64,000 bases of DNA, from positions 99,448,001 through 99,512,000 of the forward strand of contig OZ024746.1 in assembly GCA_964016885.1 (NCBI GenBank), in the 5' to 3' direction. This DNA comes from Eledone cirrhosa. Its lineage: Eukaryota. The notes below the pieces were generated by a model. The model worked only from the letters and a program-made list of their open reading frames with translations, did no database searches and had not been told where the DNA came from. Position 1 is the stretch's first letter, and each line of letters begins with the position of its first letter. Positions 1-13,353 of this stretch are shown here, one piece after another. Made by a program: the position numbers and the translations under genes.

Positions 1-490
1 CAGCATGGTGTCTGACACTCTACTAATACTGCCAATCCACCGCCGTTCTCTTAATTTGGCTAAGTATTAACGACATGTCAGACACCTAATTATTTCTGGC
101 TGTGAAGATTTCTATTCCATCATCACCTTTATTAGAGTGATGACAAGTTACTATATACAAGTATACAGGATGGATCCTTCGTCAGTTTCGTTGATGAGCA
201 TGCAGTTGTTCGATCAACTGGAAGTTGTAATGAATGTGTCATGGCGCCTGGTTACCAATTATTATACGGGTATATGGTGTGCGTACATTTATATGTATGT
301 ATGTATGTATATATAGTATTAATTATACTATTTATGGTTATGCAAATACAAAAACCTTTTGTAGTTATATATATTTTTATAAACCCTAAATAGTGGTAGG
401 CAGTAATATATTACTACCTTATTACCAGTAAGTTAAATAGCTCAATGTAATAACATCAGATGATTTACAGAGCAGTTATATGAATTATAA

Positions 491-2212
491 GAATCAAAGA
501 ATAATAAGGACAAACAATTTATTCAATTTGATATCAATTCATACTACACCTCTATTTCCCCTATCCTATTAAATAAGGCACTAATCATGGCCATGAACAA
601 TAGCGACCTGACTAGAGCCCAGATTGATGTCATCCTTGCGGCTCGTAAAACCATAATCACCTTCGAGGACCAACTATGGACCCGCAAGGATACGTACAAC
701 AACTTCGACATAACCATGGGATCTAGTGACTCGGCGCAGGTCACTGATTTGGTCGGCCTATACTTACTTAATGAAATCCATAAGGACCTCCCATACCTCA
801 ACGGTGGTTTGTACTGCGATGATGCACTTCTACTTATAGAATATAAAAAATTCAATATAGAAAGAACTAGAAAACTATTGCACAAGACATTCAAAAACTT
901 TAACCTTAGTATCACCATGGACAAAAACACTAACAATGTTAACTTCCTAGACGCCACACTATACCTAGACTCAAAAATATATACACCTTTCCATAAGCCT
1001 AACGAAAAACTCATTTACGTGGATACCAAGTCTAACCACCCTAGATCAATATTAAACTCTATCTCTAAGGGGGTATCCAATAGAATCTCTAATCTATCCT
1101 ATGACGCAAACATATTTAGCAAAAACTCGCAATATTATAATCAAGCATTAGCTAGATCCGGCCATAATATAGAGATTGAGTTCCTACCTAAGAAAACACA
1201 TAGCTACAACATCATTTCGCACAATATGTCCATGGGGAAACCTAGTAATATGAATAGCAACCACACGCACACTAAAGCGGAGGGTGCCACCAAAAGTAAC
1301 CATTACCACAGAATCTACCGTAGTAGCTTAGGAGGAAACAACACACCAGACACTAAAAACAAAAATAGAAGAAGAAATAATACATTTTTCAACCCTCCTT
1401 TCAACCTAAACATCTCCACCAACATACCTAGGGCTTTCTTCTCACTACTAGATAAAAACTTCCCTCTAGGACACAAGTACCATAACCTTTTAAACAAAAA
1501 CACTATTAAAATCTCATACTCTACGACGCCTAACTTAGCATACCACATAGCTAGCAGCAATAAAAGTAAAATTAATTCTTACTTCCAACAAACGAAATCA
1601 CAACAGGAGGTAAACCTTCAAAATACCTCTGTAGCAAGCAACCCTAATAACGGCAGTAATAATGGAAATAACACTAGTATAAGAAATAACACCGGGGTCG
1701 ACAACCCGAATGTCCAAAATTCTATAGCTACCACCCGGACTTCTGCACTGCATTATAACCAGCAGACTAACACCCAGGATAATTGTAACTGTAGAGCTAA
1801 TAGAACCTGCCCTTTAGATAAAAAATGCCTAACCAAGGATATCATATACTCATGCACCGTCACAACAAGCAACTCTTCAGAAACCTATGTAGGCTCCACT
1901 TCTAACTGCTTCAAAATCAGATATAATTCGCACATCCACTCGTTCAAAAAACACAGTCTAGCCAACTCCACCTCACTATCTAGCTACATACACTATCTAA
2001 AAACTAAAAATAAACCTTACACACTCAAATGGGAAGTGATAGGTAGCGCGACTTCGTACAAACCACCTAATAAATTTTGTAACCTCTGTATACTAGAGAC
2101 CCACACTATTATCTTCTCTAACCGTAACCTACTTAACAAAAAATCTGAAGTGTTTGCAACTTGCCAGCACCGCTTCAGACATTCCTTCCAAAACTTTAAG
2201 CCCAATATATAG
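491..2212 (+). pseudogene. PLE reverse transcriptase + GIY-YIG endonuclease (N-terminally truncated, frame open)
   Basis: The frame extends upstream of ATG 587 (NNKDKQFIQFDINSYYTSIS). RT motifs are FDITMGSSDSAQVTDLVG, GGLYCDD (YRDD with R>C), NFLD and SNHP. EN motifs are CNCRANRTCPLDKKCL, IIYSC, YVGST, CNLC..E and LNKKSE...CQH. Confidence 0.9.
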
Positions 2213-3645
2213 CAATGTCGGACTTGAACCAGACACCACCTATAGCATCAAACACCAGGGGCACACCTTTTACCACATCCCCACACTCATTGATCTAATA
2301 TAACACAAATCGGGACATCCCTCTAGAACCCTTCACAGTGGGAATACCCTTTGTACTTCTACTTTAGGTGTGACTACATCCAGTTGCTTGAACTGCACTA
2401 CACCACTTTATAGTTAATGTAAAATTTAAGTATTGAATTAATTGTATTGTTGGTGCTATGAGGAGGAAGTGCCATCGTTGGATAAATGAAAAACTAATTA
2501 ATCTAGTAACGTTGATGAGCTGTACGACCGGTATGCTGAGTGCAGTGAATGTATTGCAAGTGGCGTATGGGTTGTACATATATGTATGATTTGATGGTCA
2601 GATTGGAGACACGAGGAGTGTGGATTGACCTCTGGTCTGCCCTGGTGATGATTATCTTTCGACATCCAATATAGCATGCACTGACCCGGAACTTACCAGG
2701 GATCATTGTGTGTTGAAGTGATTCTGCAATCATCTTGCCTGGTTCTTTGAGTAGACTACAATCACAGTGATCATTAATTTAGAAATCTCGCTCGTCGTGT
2801 ATAATATTCATTTGTGGCACTCTACGATGGAGGTTAATCACCATAATAAGAACACCTTCAGCACAACTTAATAGACTACTTTATAGTTAAAACACTTTAA
2901 ATTTTTAGAAATGTTTTAGAAACTGCGCATAACCATATAAGTTAGGGACTATTTTGAGACACAATTTAATAGTTAGTAATAGAAACCACTGAGTTACCTC
3001 CCCTCATGCATTAACTCCCCTTAGCCACACACACACTTCCGGGTAATATTTAGATGTCGATTCTCGCAACGTAACATCCTCCTGTATTGAGCTAAAGAAC
3101 ATCAGACTACAATTCTCTAGCTGGATTGTCAAACGCCCAATATCGAATCGTCGTGGATTATGTGAGGGGCATATAATCTGAAAAATACGCTCCCAAGACT
3201 ATGAAAATGTCGCAGTGCATGAAATCCATATCATCGCTTCGCTACGCATTTCCAATATTTTTAATGCTTACATTATTTTTAATACTTATATTATTTCTCC
3301 ACACACAGGCTATAACAATCATATAAAGAATTCATTACCAGATAAACCCCTTTAACACTCTTGATTACCTGCTTAAGTGCTTCTATTACACGTAACTCTC
3401 TGCCACACTATATAAACAAGACGCACGTGCTTGCCGCACATATAACCATTGCACTCTATAACCGCTTAATTTCATGTTGTATTTTAACCTGTATTTTTGA
3501 ATGTATCTTTTAATATGATTGTAATCTCTAAATGTGTACTGCCACACTAAATGCTGTAATGAATGTTGACCCATAATATTTGCATATGTATCTGTATGTC
3601 TCTTGGGTGAAAAGGAGGTCATATAAGTGTTCATTCAATAATAAA

Positions 3646-3694
3646 TTGCTCCGAAGAATCCAAACCTCGGTTTGGAGGAAACAGTTGTAAGCAT
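3646..3694 (+). ncRNA. Type I hammerhead ribozyme (core U4>C) in the PLE pseudo-LTR
   Basis: tgct-CCGAAGA-aTCCAAACCtcGGTTTGGAg-GAAA-cagttg-TA-agca. Stems I and II pair and stem III is near-palindromic. Confidence 0.75.
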
Positions 3695-3734
3695 AAAAAT
3701 GTTTTGAACAGTTCTTTGATTCTTATAATTCATG

Positions 3735-3774
<40 letters not shown>

Positions 3775-3827
3775 CGTATATGTATATATATAAATACAGC
3801 AAAAATATATGGTGGATATATACATAT

Positions 3828-3897
<70 letters not shown>

Positions 3898-5017
3898 ACA
3901 TATCTGTTAAGAATTCTTATTCCTCGTGACACACATTTCAATTTCACAATCCCCCCCCCCCCTCCATACGTTTAGTGGTTGTTATGCAAATTAGTGACCT
4001 TCACAATATGTAGTATAAGGAGGAATAAACATATGATTCGTATTTTTCTGCTTGTTAATTGTGTAACAAGAGTATAGGAAGACTCTAACGCGAGGAAACT
4101 GGGTCACAATTATTATCTAAGAGCGAGAAGTTCTTGGAATTTCTAAACATTGCATCTTCAGACAATAATTCCAGCCAGATTATTCGCGATATATATTTCA
4201 TTTGTAAAGAAAACACAGTAATTCTAAAGTATATGTGAAAAGTATGTTAATGTGAGGTCATATCTTTGTTCATGTTTGCGCGTAGGCACGAATGATCCGG
4301 CATAAATGTGATAATGTATTTGCTTCTATGTGAAAATGTTTCGCTTGCTTATACGCAGAAATAAGATGGTATGTATGTTAAAGCTCTGCCGATTCGTCAC
4401 CCCAGTTTCGACTCTCGGATGAATCTTCTTCACTTACGTTGGTATAGTTCTTGTGAAATCCTTACACCATCCGTTAAACTTGGAGGGAAGGCAATGGAAA
4501 TCTACGCCAGTGTATCCTATTATATATTGGCAAGGCTGACGCTATCATTAAACCAATTAGGAAGATGAACTCAGAGTGGCGCATTACTGGACTTTAAAGG
4601 ACCTCAGTTTTATACAAATTTGTATAATTAAGCCTTTAGCATTTAAACCGGCCATATCTAACCAGAATACTCTCACATCTTTCTATTCAAATCGGCTGTA
4701 ATCGGCTGCTCATACTTATGTTAAGGCATTGTCTCACAATAAATAATATCAGAATCTCTGGTATTGAGGAAAACGCAAGCTCACTAATTTTATTAGCATG
4801 GTCGTAATTAGAAATGTCAAAGGATTCTAGGTGTGTATACTTGCCAAACAAATAGTTGAAAATATTTTATCTGTGAGAATAAGGTGGACGTTGTAGGGTT
4901 AGAATTGCGTATTAAATACCCAGGTACCGTCACTGTCTCTAATGTACCATAATAGGACATTAAATACCCAGGTACCGTCACTGTCTCTTATGTACCATCA
5001 TATTACATGCACCATGA

Positions 5018-5225
5018 GGGTGGTGGATTAGCAGAATCGGTAGAGCTTTGTGGCATAGAGTTACGGCCCATTACGTTCTGATTTCAAATCCCGCCCAGGG
5101 TAGCTTTGGCTTTCATCATTGCGGGGTCGATAAAATAAAGTACCAGTAATGCACTGCGGTCGATTCAATCGACATTCCTCTCTCCTAAAGTTGCTGGCCT
5201 TGTGCCTTAATCAGAGACCATTATT
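5018..5225 (+). mobile_element. tRNA-derived SINE (abundant family A)
   Basis: tRNA-like head (GGTGGATTAGCAGAATCGGTAGAG...TTCAAATCCCGCC) plus core GCTTTCATC..GGGGTCGATAAAATAAAGTACCAGT. About 20 copies occur in the window. Confidence 0.85.
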
Positions 5226-5580
5226 ACATACACCATGACAGAGTCAGACCCTTTTAAACCAGAAAATGGCTAATGTCTAATAGATGTTATTAAGTAGTCA
5301 CATAAACAAGGAAATATCAATATGTTATAGCAAACAAAACATGGAAATTTTAATTGAAAAGTTAATGGTTCGAGTATAATTACTGGTATTAAATTGTATC
5401 CATATCTAACACAAACCGCCAAAGAACGCAGTTGTAGGTACCATATGGCACACCTCGGCCAACAGTAGCAGTATTAAGTACTGTGAAACTGGGTCAGTTG
5501 ATTTATTAGCTTGTGATATAGAGAACAAATTCTCTCGTGATTCTAGTTCCCACTATGTCATTTAAACAACAAATTACACA

Positions 5581-5755
5581 TACCGTATTTCCCGGCGTCG
5601 GAGACGCTACTTTTTACCTAAAATAAGTCTCAAAAATCTACCATGCGTCCTGGAGGCCGAAGGTTGTTTATTATATTTTTTTGTCAAATATTTGGTTGTC
5701 AAAATTAGGGTGCGTCCTCGAGGACGAAGCGTCTTCGGCGCCAGGAAATACGGTA
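5581..5755. mobile_element. Tc1/pogo-type MITE
   Basis: TIRs TACCGTATTTCCCGGCGTCGGAGACGC / GCGTCTTCGGCGCCAGGAAATACGGTA with TA ends. Confidence 0.8.
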
Positions 5756-6422
5756 AGTTGATTTTACAGACAGAGAAAAGTCCGAGTAATTCACTTGATG
5801 GTTCTTCAATAGATCCACCATTATAAGAAAGATAACTGAAGGTGATCCTAGATCATATAAATGTTAGTAATGTTGGTAATGGAATAATGCTCAGGAAAAT
5901 GGCCACCAATTGAGTTAATTGGAATTGATTAAACAACGTGTGAATACTTCAATATACTACAACATCGTTAATGGCTAGATTGGTATCCATAGTTACTGTA
6001 TTTGTTTTACCATATAAATACCTCTAGCCGGATATTGGATCTTATAGACTTTTGTGAGGAAATAACAAATGTTTTACTGACAAATGATGAGGATAATCTC
6101 ACCTCAGAATATACCGATTTCTTCTTACATAGAAGGGAGGCCATGCATATATGGAGGAAGGTAGCTTTATTAAGCTATTTTTATATTCATGATTTCTAAA
6201 GAACATTAGAAGCGTAAGTGAACTAGTTTCAACACAGGTTCCTGGCAAACAAATGAAGGCCTTTCGGAAGTGCAGTCAAATTTACTCCAATACACTGACA
6301 ACATTGCTCGCTGGTGGTGTAGCAGTAATTTTAACTCTTGCTCAGAGGTCAGCATACATTGAGACACTGCCCTACTTTACTGAGATCAGCACAAGAGATC
6401 AAATTAGGCAAAGAGCCTCTTC

Positions 6423-6538
6423 AGGATGAAAGGCAAAGTTAACCTCGGCGGGATTTGAACTCAGACCATAAAGGGCCGCAACTCTATGCTGCAAAGCATG
6501 GCGCCCAACCCTCTACCAATACTGCCAATCCACCGCCC
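6423..6538 (-). mobile_element. SINE family A (5' part)
   Basis: Reverse complement of the SINE head and core. Confidence 0.8.
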
Positions 6539-6605
6539 TATATATTATTATATAATGCTCAGTAATGCAGGGTATCAATGTGAATTAGTAACTCTGTATT
6601 TTATT

Positions 6606-6673
<68 letters not shown>

Positions 6674-6936
6674 AAGAAAGAGGGGCTGTGTAGTTGCTGG
6701 ATAAGGTGTACTTATAAATAAGAGGAAGGCACGAACGGGAGAAAGTTTTCCTTCATCAGTTGTCTGCTGGGATCATGGATATTTCTACGCATTAAAGACA
6801 AGATATTTAACCCCAGTGCGTCAATAAGTAAAGGAAGTTATTGGGGAAAAAGGGGGAGAGAGAGAAAAAAATATATAAAACAGAAGGGAAAGGGGAAGGA
6901 AAAGGAAAAAAAATGTATGCGTATGTGTGTGTATGT

Positions 6937-6972
<36 letters not shown>

Positions 6973-7335
6973 GGAGAGAGCGAGAGAGAGATTTGTATGC
7001 TGAATATATGCATACGATCTACCGCGGCGAGGAATATTTGTGGAGAATGGTCATTAAAATTACCACTAAATTTAAACAATGAGACTTAATGTAGTTGTTA
7101 GGGACAAAGGTAATTAATTATGTACTAAGAGCAAGGTAGGGTTGTAGCGAGGAAAAATTTCCCCCAGTTAATTTTCCGAAGGCAACGACCTCTAGGATAC
7201 GGATTTATGACCCCGGAGACAAATGTTGATAATTTTCACCTATAGAAGTCACGCTGCCAATTCATTCTTCTCAATCTAAATTTTATTTTTTTGTTTTTCT
7301 ATTAAACTCTATTTACACGATGTATTGCATAGATA

Positions 7336-7520
7336 AATAATTGTTTCTACTTTTGGCACAAGGCCAGCAAATTATCCAGTGTATTACTGGTACTTTATTT
7401 TATCGACCCCGTCAGGATGAAAGGCAAATTTAGCCTCGGCGGTATTTGGACTCAGACAGTAAAGAACTGTAACTCTATGTCTCAAAGCATGGCGATCCTC
7501 TATCGATACTGCCAATCAAC
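7336..7520 (-). mobile_element. SINE family A
   Basis: Near full-length reverse-strand copy. Confidence 0.8.
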
Positions 7521-9384
7521 ACAATGTTTGTTCTTTATCCCATTAGCATTTACATTACTCTATATTTACTATTATATTTTTATGTTAAAGTCTTTACCTC
7601 ACATGATATCTCACATAATATCGAATCTATGAGATTTTGATATTTTTTTTATTTTGAGAACAATACCTTAACATCACTATGAGCAGCTAGTTACAGCTAG
7701 TTTGAACAGAAAGAAGTGAGAATTCTGGCCGGATAGGACTAAAGGGTTAATTAGACAGTTCTAAGCAACGAACGATCGTATTGATGGTTAGCTGAGATAC
7801 TGGCCTAAGCAGTCGCCACCGTTTTCGCCTGTTCTCTCATTACGTAAAAGACTCGGCTAGATTTGCCGTCACAAACACACTCTGAGTAAACCTCGCACTT
7901 TTTATAATGATTTAATCCCAACGATATAAAAGTAACCGCTCCACGTAAAAAGACAGATTTAACAATTTTATCCTATTGAACATTATCAAGTATATCTTTG
8001 GTGTAGTGAAGTAAAGCTATTTATTAAACTAGAATTTTGGTACTTGTGACTTTTTCTTTGAATTTACCACAAAAAATAGACTTCGTTTCTCGCTTATTGG
8101 CTGATGTGAACATTTAATCCATTATCCGCAAAAAAAAAAAGAATATTTATGGACAACCTTTCCGCAACCTACTTCTCCACCTATCATATAAATTTACATA
8201 TGTTATGACAATCTTTATTACTCATGTCACAAAATATTTAAGTAATAACTCGGGGAAGTTGTGATTATCAGGCAAAGAAGGTGATCAGTTAACATGCACT
8301 CTCCAGGTGCAATCTGCAAGCGGAATTTTGAAAATACGCAAGACATTTTCTAATGTCAGCACGTCATTCTTTATTGATGTTGCAATGCAAATTTCAGGAT
8401 CTTCTCATAGGATTTCGAAGAATTAAAAAAGAGATAGATGCGATATATATATTTGTGTTATATTACAACAAATTATTTTTTTAGTAGTTTTCTCTTAATC
8501 TCATGTTAAAGAATATATAAATGTTGTGCACAAAAACTGTATTACATTTCCTTGAAATGTAACAGAGAAAGTTCAACATCCATCGTCATAAAAGACTTGG
8601 CATTATATTGATTCAAAGAAGACACCAAATCATATAAATTACCAGACTAGATGAATACGGCATTAGACATCTTATAAAAGCAGCAGACCTAAGCACTTTG
8701 TTTACATGTGTGGAATTGGAAATGTTGTTTAACTCCAAGCCAGCCCTTATTAATATGATCAATAATCACAGACATTTAGGTAATGTATATAGGATATTGT
8801 ATCCAAAGTGTTCTTGTTTTAACATGGTAAGGTGTAATTTTAGTGAAATTTGGATGCTATCTCGAGCAGGCCGAGACACCTTGTAAAGGGTCTTTCGCTG
8901 CCCCTGATACTTTCTCTGTCTCACACATATACGTGTAAGAATATGTGTACACATGTATATGCGTATGTATACGCACATGTGTGCAGATGCGTATACATTT
9001 TCATTTTTTGATGTTTCATATATCCTATGATAGAGGAATTATAAAAACAGAATTAACTTAAAAATAAATAAATAAATAATCTGTGAGGTGCCTAAAGTTG
9101 TGAGTATTTTATACTATGCATAATATACAGAAAGAGAAGAGAGTTAAGTTAAAATGTTTCGGTCAATTATTAGGACAAAAATTCCTAGATAAACATAAAA
9201 GTTTTAATTTGTTTAGGTAGATAGATGTATGTATGTTCCCGACAGAGTCGTTTTGAAATACGGCGTTTCTTGGGCATTTTAAGCCTGGCGGACCCTACCC
9301 CTCTCCAGGCTTAAGTACAGCAGATTTCTTCCAGAGAAAGATAGAAAGTGAGAGAGAGAAAATGAGAAAGAGATATAAAGGAGG

Positions 9385-9891
9385 AATCCACCCCAGTACT
9401 TGACTGGTACTTTTTTATCGATCTCGAAAGGATGAAAAGCAAAGTTGATCTCGACGAGATTTGAACTCAGAGAGCAGAGAGCCGGAACGAATAGCATAAA
9501 GCATTCTATCTGACGTTCTAACCACTCTACCATTCTATCTGATGTTCTAACCACTCTACCATTCTATCTGATGTTCTAACCACTCTGCCATTCTATCTGA
9601 CGTTCTAACCACTCTACCATTCTATCTGACGTTCTAACCACTCTACCATTCTATCTGATGTTCTAACCACTCTACCATTCTATCTGATGTTCTAACCACT
9701 CTGCCATTCTATCTGACGTTCTAACCACTCTGTCATTCTATCTGACGTTCTAACCACTCTACCATTCTATCTGACGTTCTAACCACTCTACCATTCTATC
9801 TGACGTTCTAACCACTCTACCATTCTATCTGACGTTCTAACCACTCTACCATTCTATCTGACGTTCTAACCACTCTACCATTTCGCTGCCT
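9385..9891 (-). mobile_element. SINE with internally amplified head
   Basis: SINE core at 9385-9500. The tRNA-like head segment is tandemly repeated. Confidence 0.75.
9502..9882. repeat. 29-bp minisatellite, about 13 copies
   Basis: Unit CATTCTATCTGACGTTCTAACCACTCTAC. Confidence 0.95.
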
Positions 9892-9992
9892 ATTATAGAT
9901 ATACAATTATGTAAAGAAATAAAATATTCATACATAAAAAAATAGAAAGATAAATCGAATGACTAATGAACATGAAATCGCGAGGAGAATAA

Positions 9993-10240
9993 TCTATATA
10001 TATAAAAACGAAAATGTCTGTCTGTATGCAGGCGATGCATTGTCACAGTTTCCATCTGATTTTGTTCAAATTTGATACATAAGTTATTTAGATCCCGGAG
10101 CATGTTACCATATAGTCTAAATCTTGCGATCTAGAATAGCAGAGTTCTGGGTCTATTTAAAGACGGCTATGTTGATGAGAGAGGGAGTCTTTATTTACAG
10201 TGTGAAAGGTGTGTCCGGCAACGACTGGCTCTGTTGCTAG
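9993..10240 (+). mobile_element. Non-autonomous Helitron
   Basis: 5' TC(TATATATATAAAA), subterminal GC hairpin (CCGGCAACGACTGG), 3' CTAG, inserted between A and T. Confidence 0.65.
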
Positions 10241-10865
10241 TAGTCTATATAATATCTAGAAAAATTCCGTCACTGTGTTTTTTTTTTACTCTTAACTTTT
10301 TGAAAATATCCTGTAAAAATAACGGGGAGTTATACCATAAAATTTTCTCCCTTTTCATTGAGAAAATTTGATTTCTAACAGAAGCTCAATATCTCAAATA
10401 TCAAGAGCAAGTATGTTTGATTAAGATGAATTCCGGTTTCATAACTGGTGGTAGACTTCTAAGGATAACAAATATAGTTGACTCTGGAATATCCGAAATC
10501 AGAACGTCAAAAATGTAACCAAATATCATATCTTCGACACTCTACAGATTTTGATAATCCGCCATTTCTAAATAAGAGGACACAGATGACGACGTTTTTG
10601 GTGTTGTTATTCACAGGCCAGCTACGATTGTGCATACCTATGATGAAAAGCGTTCCAGCTGTGACTATCGCGCTTGTTTTTATGTATTTTGTGTGTACTT
10701 GCCCATTATATAATACAGTAAGGATGATATCAAGGTGATTGATATTTGGTTGCTATTTCCAGGAGGTGAACTGACCGCACGTGGTGATACCATCTTTCGC
10801 TCGTTACAACCCGTGTCAATATTAATGTTAAGAAGGAACATAAGTCATTATTATTTTATGATGTA

Positions 10866-11285
10866 GGGCGGTCGATTGTCAGTATCGGTAGAGAAGCGGA
10901 CACCATGCTTTGCAGCATAGAGTTACGGCCCTTTATGATATGAGTTAAAATCCCGCCGATGTTAACTTTGCCTTTCATCCTTACGGGGTCGATAAAATAA
11001 AGCACCAGTAACGTACAGGGGTCGATTTAATCGATTTTCCCCTCCCCCAAAATTTCTGGTCTTATGCCTATATAAGAAACCATTATTTCATGATGTAGGG
11101 CGGTAAATTAGCAGTATAGGGTTACAGTTCTTTATGTTCTGAGTTCAAATCACACGGAGGTTAGCTTTGCCTTACATCCTTACGGGGTTGATAAAATAAA
11201 GTACCAGTAACGTACTGGTTTCGATTTAATTAACTTCCCCTGCCCCCAACTAATTGGCCTTGTGTCTCAAATCAGAAATCATTAT
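10866..11285 (+). mobile_element. Two tandem SINE family A copies
   Basis: Head and core at 10866-11085 and again at 11097-11285. Confidence 0.8.
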
Positions 11286-11905
11286 TCTTTCATGATGTTA
11301 AATGTATAGCCATGATGCTGTTAATGATTATTTTTTATCAACATATCTTTGTAATGCATATAATATTTATGAGACAGATGTTTCTAGTTTTATTGTAGAG
11401 CAAACTAAATAGGATGAGAAAGGTGGGGCAATTGGTTATTTTGATTGCTGTTAGATGTGAATTGGTAGAGTTGTTATAACGACAGATTGAATGCTTTGCG
11501 GTATTCGTTCCAGCTTTCTGTAGACAGAGGTCAACTTTGCCTTTCATCCTTTCAAAGTCGATTTAATAAAAGCTACCAGTCTAGTACTGTTGTCTATTCT
11601 TTCTGTATATCTCTTTCTCACTTCCTTTCTTTCAGACTCTTTGCTGTAAGAAATCGGCTCTTTTCAGGCCTGGAAAGGGATGAGCTTTGCCAGGTTTAAA
11701 ATGCCCTGCGGGGTTACGGGTCCATAAGTGAGAGAGACAGAGAGAGAAAGAGAGAGAGGGAGAGAGGGAGAGAGAGAGATTGTTATTTATTCATATATTA
11801 TATAATGTCGTGTTTCGTGAAAATTAGAGTCATTAATTACATGTTTGAAATAGGCTAATCTTCATTTCTCACGAGTTGTGCCTGTCTGAGTAACTGTGAA
11901 AAAAA

Positions 11906-11939
<34 letters not shown>

Positions 11940-11976
11940 TATAGGGACAGAGTGTTGCGACGAATGGAATTTATTG

Positions 11977-12072
11977 GACATATTACAATCGTTTCTCTGG
12001 CGACCAGCTCGAGGCACGATCGATGTGATGATCGAACCTGACTCTGAAAATCGCAAGGTCCTCAGATACATC
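11977..12072 (-). ncRNA. Hammerhead ribozyme with long stem II (decayed stems)
   Basis: Minus strand: gatgtat-CTGAGGA-ccttgcga...tcgccaga-GAAA-cgattg-TA-atatgtc. Confidence 0.65.
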
Positions 12073-12100
12073 TTGATTCTACGAAGCAGATTTTCCTATT

Positions 12101-12137
<37 letters not shown>

Positions 12138-12139
<2 letters not shown>

Positions 12140-12270
12140 GGCATGCTTGCTGGGAACAGCAAGAACCCTCCGATACGTCCTGAATATCTGAGGCTGCAGG
12201 TAGTGGCTTGATATTCATTTCAACAAACTTTCCAGTTAACTAACATCAATGACTGAGACTCAAAGAACAA
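12138..12270 (+). mobile_element. 3' end of an R4/Dong-like non-LTR retrotransposon in (TAA)n
   Basis: Encodes KACLLGTARTLRYVLNI*, resembling the C-terminus of restriction-like-EN LINEs. (TAA)n lies on both sides. Confidence 0.7.
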
Positions 12271-12451
12271 TAATAATAATAATAATAATAATACACGGAG
12301 GATTTGTTAAACCTTCATTACTTTTATTGATAGGTGGTGCGCATTTCGCTATTGATCAACTCAAGGTTCGATCTGTATCGATCTGGCCCGACTCTGGAAT
12401 CAAAAGCTCGTCGGACCTCTGCTGTTGTAATGACAGAATGAACATATAAAG

Positions 12452-12730
12452 CAGGCATGGACAACCTTTGCCGAGAAGCGGTCCACATGAGATATGGCTC
12501 ATCATCAGGCGGGCCGCAAGCGCTAATTTACATTCGTGCCCACATTTAAAAAAAAGGGCGATAACTCAGGTTGTTTTGATTTGTTTCTTCAGAATTCGTA
12601 CACGTTGTTTTCCTCGATCGTAAAAATAATAGAAAGATGAAATACTACTGAAAAGTTGGAGTAAACAAATTAGAAAGATTTCACTTTGGTGACTTAGGTG
12701 AGCCATTGAGAAAGATTCGTGGGCCGCGTT
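12452..12730. mobile_element. hAT/Charlie-like MITE remnant
   Basis: CAGGCATGGACAACC start and GCGGGCCGC subterminal motifs. Confidence 0.5.
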
Positions 12731-13074
12731 CATATGGTGGTCAATTTATGTTGTTTTGATTGGTGGTTTAACTATGAGAAATGTTTTGGCATGTGTGATA
12801 GGGGGTGGGGGTGATAGATCATTGAAATTATGTCAATACAAACAGGTAATTTATCTCAAATAAATATCCTTATTTACAAATATGTATTGTACATATTATC
12901 AATTGTTATTACAAAGGAAACAATTATCATAGAAACAGCCATAAGAAGATTAATAAATCGAATAGATGATGTTTTGTTATGTAAATCACCATATTCTACA
13001 TAGCCAACTTGCTGAATTACTCATTTTTATTGATTTTTGTTCTGTGCGTTCTGAGTTCAAATCCTGTCTCCGGT

Positions 13075-13115
13075 TGCATTGCTTTATTGTGCTACAATAA
13101 AACTCACCTCCCACA
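13075..13115. mobile_element. Terminal fragment of the 59-63 kb PLE family
   Basis: TTGCATTGCTTTATTGTGCTACAATAAAACTCACCTCC matches ~63340-63377. Both copies abut (TA)n. Confidence 0.8.
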
Positions 13116-13124
13116 CTATATATA

Positions 13125-13179
<55 letters not shown>

Positions 13180-13276
13180 ATTAGAATACTGGAGCGTGTT
13201 TGAGTCAAACACCCTCTTCGTATTATAGAAATGACAGTAAAAGGTATAGCTCAATGCAGTTAAACAGAGCCGAAAA

Positions 13277-13353
13277 ATTAAGAGAGTAAAACAAAGAATC
13301 CTTTAATACATCAAAAACTTTTGATGTATTAAAGGATTCTTTGTTTTACTCTC

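Larger units (their letters stand above)
330..3733 (+). mobile_element. Penelope-like retroelement (Naiad-type), 5'-truncated, with inverted 5' tail and 3' pseudo-LTR
   Basis: RT-GIY-YIG ORF at 491-2212, a long 3' region and a hammerhead at 3646-3694, ending at (TA)n/(TG)n. 480-501 (ATGAATTATAAGAATCAAAGAA) is the reverse complement of 3712-3733, the inverted 5' junction typical of PLEs. The left boundary is approximate. Confidence 0.85.

Noticed and set aside
185-290. Similarity to 2510-2585 (CGTTGATGAGC...TGAATGT) suggesting a small CxxC peptide
   Set aside because: The match is short and patchy, and no proper ORF is conserved.
5800-6300. Possible decayed CR1/L2 RT fragment
   Set aside because: Only a vague resemblance (DLIDFCEEIT), with many stops. 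Not supportable.
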